Origin: Cetorhinus maximus
Lineage: Eukaryota
Length of the DNA stretch: 64,000 bases
Assembly (NCBI RefSeq): GCF_964194155.1
Contig: NC_135899.1
Location: 2,914,001 to 2,978,000, forward strand
Reading direction: 5' to 3'
Shown here: in pieces, positions 62,539 through 64,000 of the stretch
How positions within the stretch are numbered: the first letter of the stretch is position 1
Layout of the letters: each line of letters starts with the position of its first letter
The notes under the pieces: generated by a model
The model's database searches: none
Seen by the model: only the letters and a program-made list of their open reading frames with translations
Told to the model about the DNA's origin: nothing
Program-made: the position numbers and the translations under genes

Positions 62539-64000
62539 TGTCCTATTTACTGAATTGTTTATTTGTGGTGATTTTGGATATGAATACACTTTTGAATTTG
62601 TGCTTTGAAATATTCATTTATCTGTATTTTTCCACTGCCAACTTATTTCCCATACAATTTTGACACCATTCCCACGGGTTATTTAAATTCCGATTCAATC
62701 ACCAACAAGATTTGCATATCATGTAGCTCCTTTTCACAAGTTAAACATTTGAAATGCTTAACTTCCAATGAAAAACGATTTCTGAAGTGAAGTCAATTAA
62801 TTAAAAATAAAATGAGCAGAACTTTAAAAAACTCTGGTTACAAAGCAAATTTTCATTTAACTCCTTCATGGGATGAGGGCCTCATGGCTTGGCCAGACTT
62901 CATTACCCATCCCTAATTACCCTTGAGGAATTGCCTTCTTGAACCACTGCAGTCTATATCACAATATACTGTCAATTAAATGATTACATTCAGGGAGGAG
63001 GGAAAAAAACAATCTCTGTTGCAAGTTTTAAGAAAGCTACAAGCCCCGCAAGTCTAAGTGTACTATCTTCAACTACAAAGTCATCACATGCTAGACTGGA
63101 TCTCGCTCTCCAGTCCATGCATTTCCACAGTGCCATTGTGTCTTGCTGCCTGTATCTTAACCTGACTGTGAAGTGCCTTGGCATGTTTAACTATTTTATA
63201 GGTACTTTATGCATAGAAGTTGTTGCTGCTCTAGTCAGAAATATAATACACGGGTAGACATGCCATTGACACTTTCTGTTCTGTCTGCTGCTCAGATATA
63301 AACCAAATCAAACCGGCTGAATAAATCAAAGTCTCAAAGTTAAATATTTATCCAATTTCTTCCACCTCTCCGAATAATTATTAGGTATGGTGTTGCTCAA
63401 CAGCCATAAGCATTACCTGTCTTGTGAAGATGTTCTGCCCCCTATTAAAACATTCCCTATTCTGTTCCTGCTAAAAGATGGACTGGACTGTGACTCAGAT
63501 GACACCAGTGCAGAAAGTTCAAGAGCAAAGAAGCAGCAGTTTTCATGCCAGGACAGTAGGTGGCAATGTTGCACACTTCAACTGTTAGCCAAGTGCACTC
63601 GACGCCAGGTACATAGGAAATACGAGCAGGAGTGGGCCATTCACCCCCGTGAACCTTCCATGCCTGTCAATTCGATCAAAGCTGATCTTCTACCTCAACA
63701 TCACTTTCCCACATTCTCCCCACATCCCTTCATGTCTTTCAAATCTACAAATCTATCAATCTCTCTCTTGAACACACTCAACAGCCTCCGGAGCCAATAA
63801 GAGTTAATAAGACAAACCAAGTACCCAATATATACGGTGATTTCAACAACACAACAAGACACCAAGAGACTTCTGGAGCCAGAAGCTATCATGGGATTCC
63901 CTCCGGATGCCTCTCCACTTCGTTTAAGACGCTGCTCAATCCTTACCTCCGACAACATATCTGTTCGTACAGCCAGGACATTCTTCGATCTGAACGCTAA

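Larger units (their letters stand above)
52114..64000 (+). repeat. Tandem segmental duplication, period ~7444-7445 bp, each unit carrying one HSP70 gene
   Basis: tgattcatgacttgcttcgaaataccc at 52114 and 59558; genes offset by 7445; flank 55942-56555 is near-identical to 63387-64000. Confidence 0.93.

Overview
This is eukaryotic, repeat-rich vertebrate DNA. The repeat content (CR1 and L2 LINEs, Penelope-like elements, tRNA-derived SINEs) suggests a cartilaginous fish such as a shark; that assignment is inference. There are two host gene systems. (1) A complete TRIM gene on the minus strand (RING-B-box2-coiled coil-PRY/SPRY, 7 coding exons, 471 aa by my splice reconstruction, 3533-21221), downstream of a CpG island holding 11 same-strand CCAATC boxes. 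(2) A tandem array of three intronless HSP70 genes on the plus strand (38231, 52802, 60247; 642 aa each), each with heat-shock-element promoters; copies 2 and 3 lie in a ~7.44-kb tandem duplication. The rest is nested retroelements: CR1, L2, four Penelope-like elements with hammerhead-ribozyme motifs, SINEs, a probable solo LTR and two minisatellites. Main leads: the three HSP70 paralogues end in EEMD, EEVD and GEEED, and copy 3 has a burst of replacement changes in the lid; the Penelope hammerheads have atypical cores; there is a young 143-bp mini-SINE with twin GAAA hairpins; an intron splits the TRIM RING domain; and a CTCF-like site follows every HSP70 copy. All coordinates were read by eye, and repeat boundaries are approximate unless a target-site duplication (TSD) is quoted.
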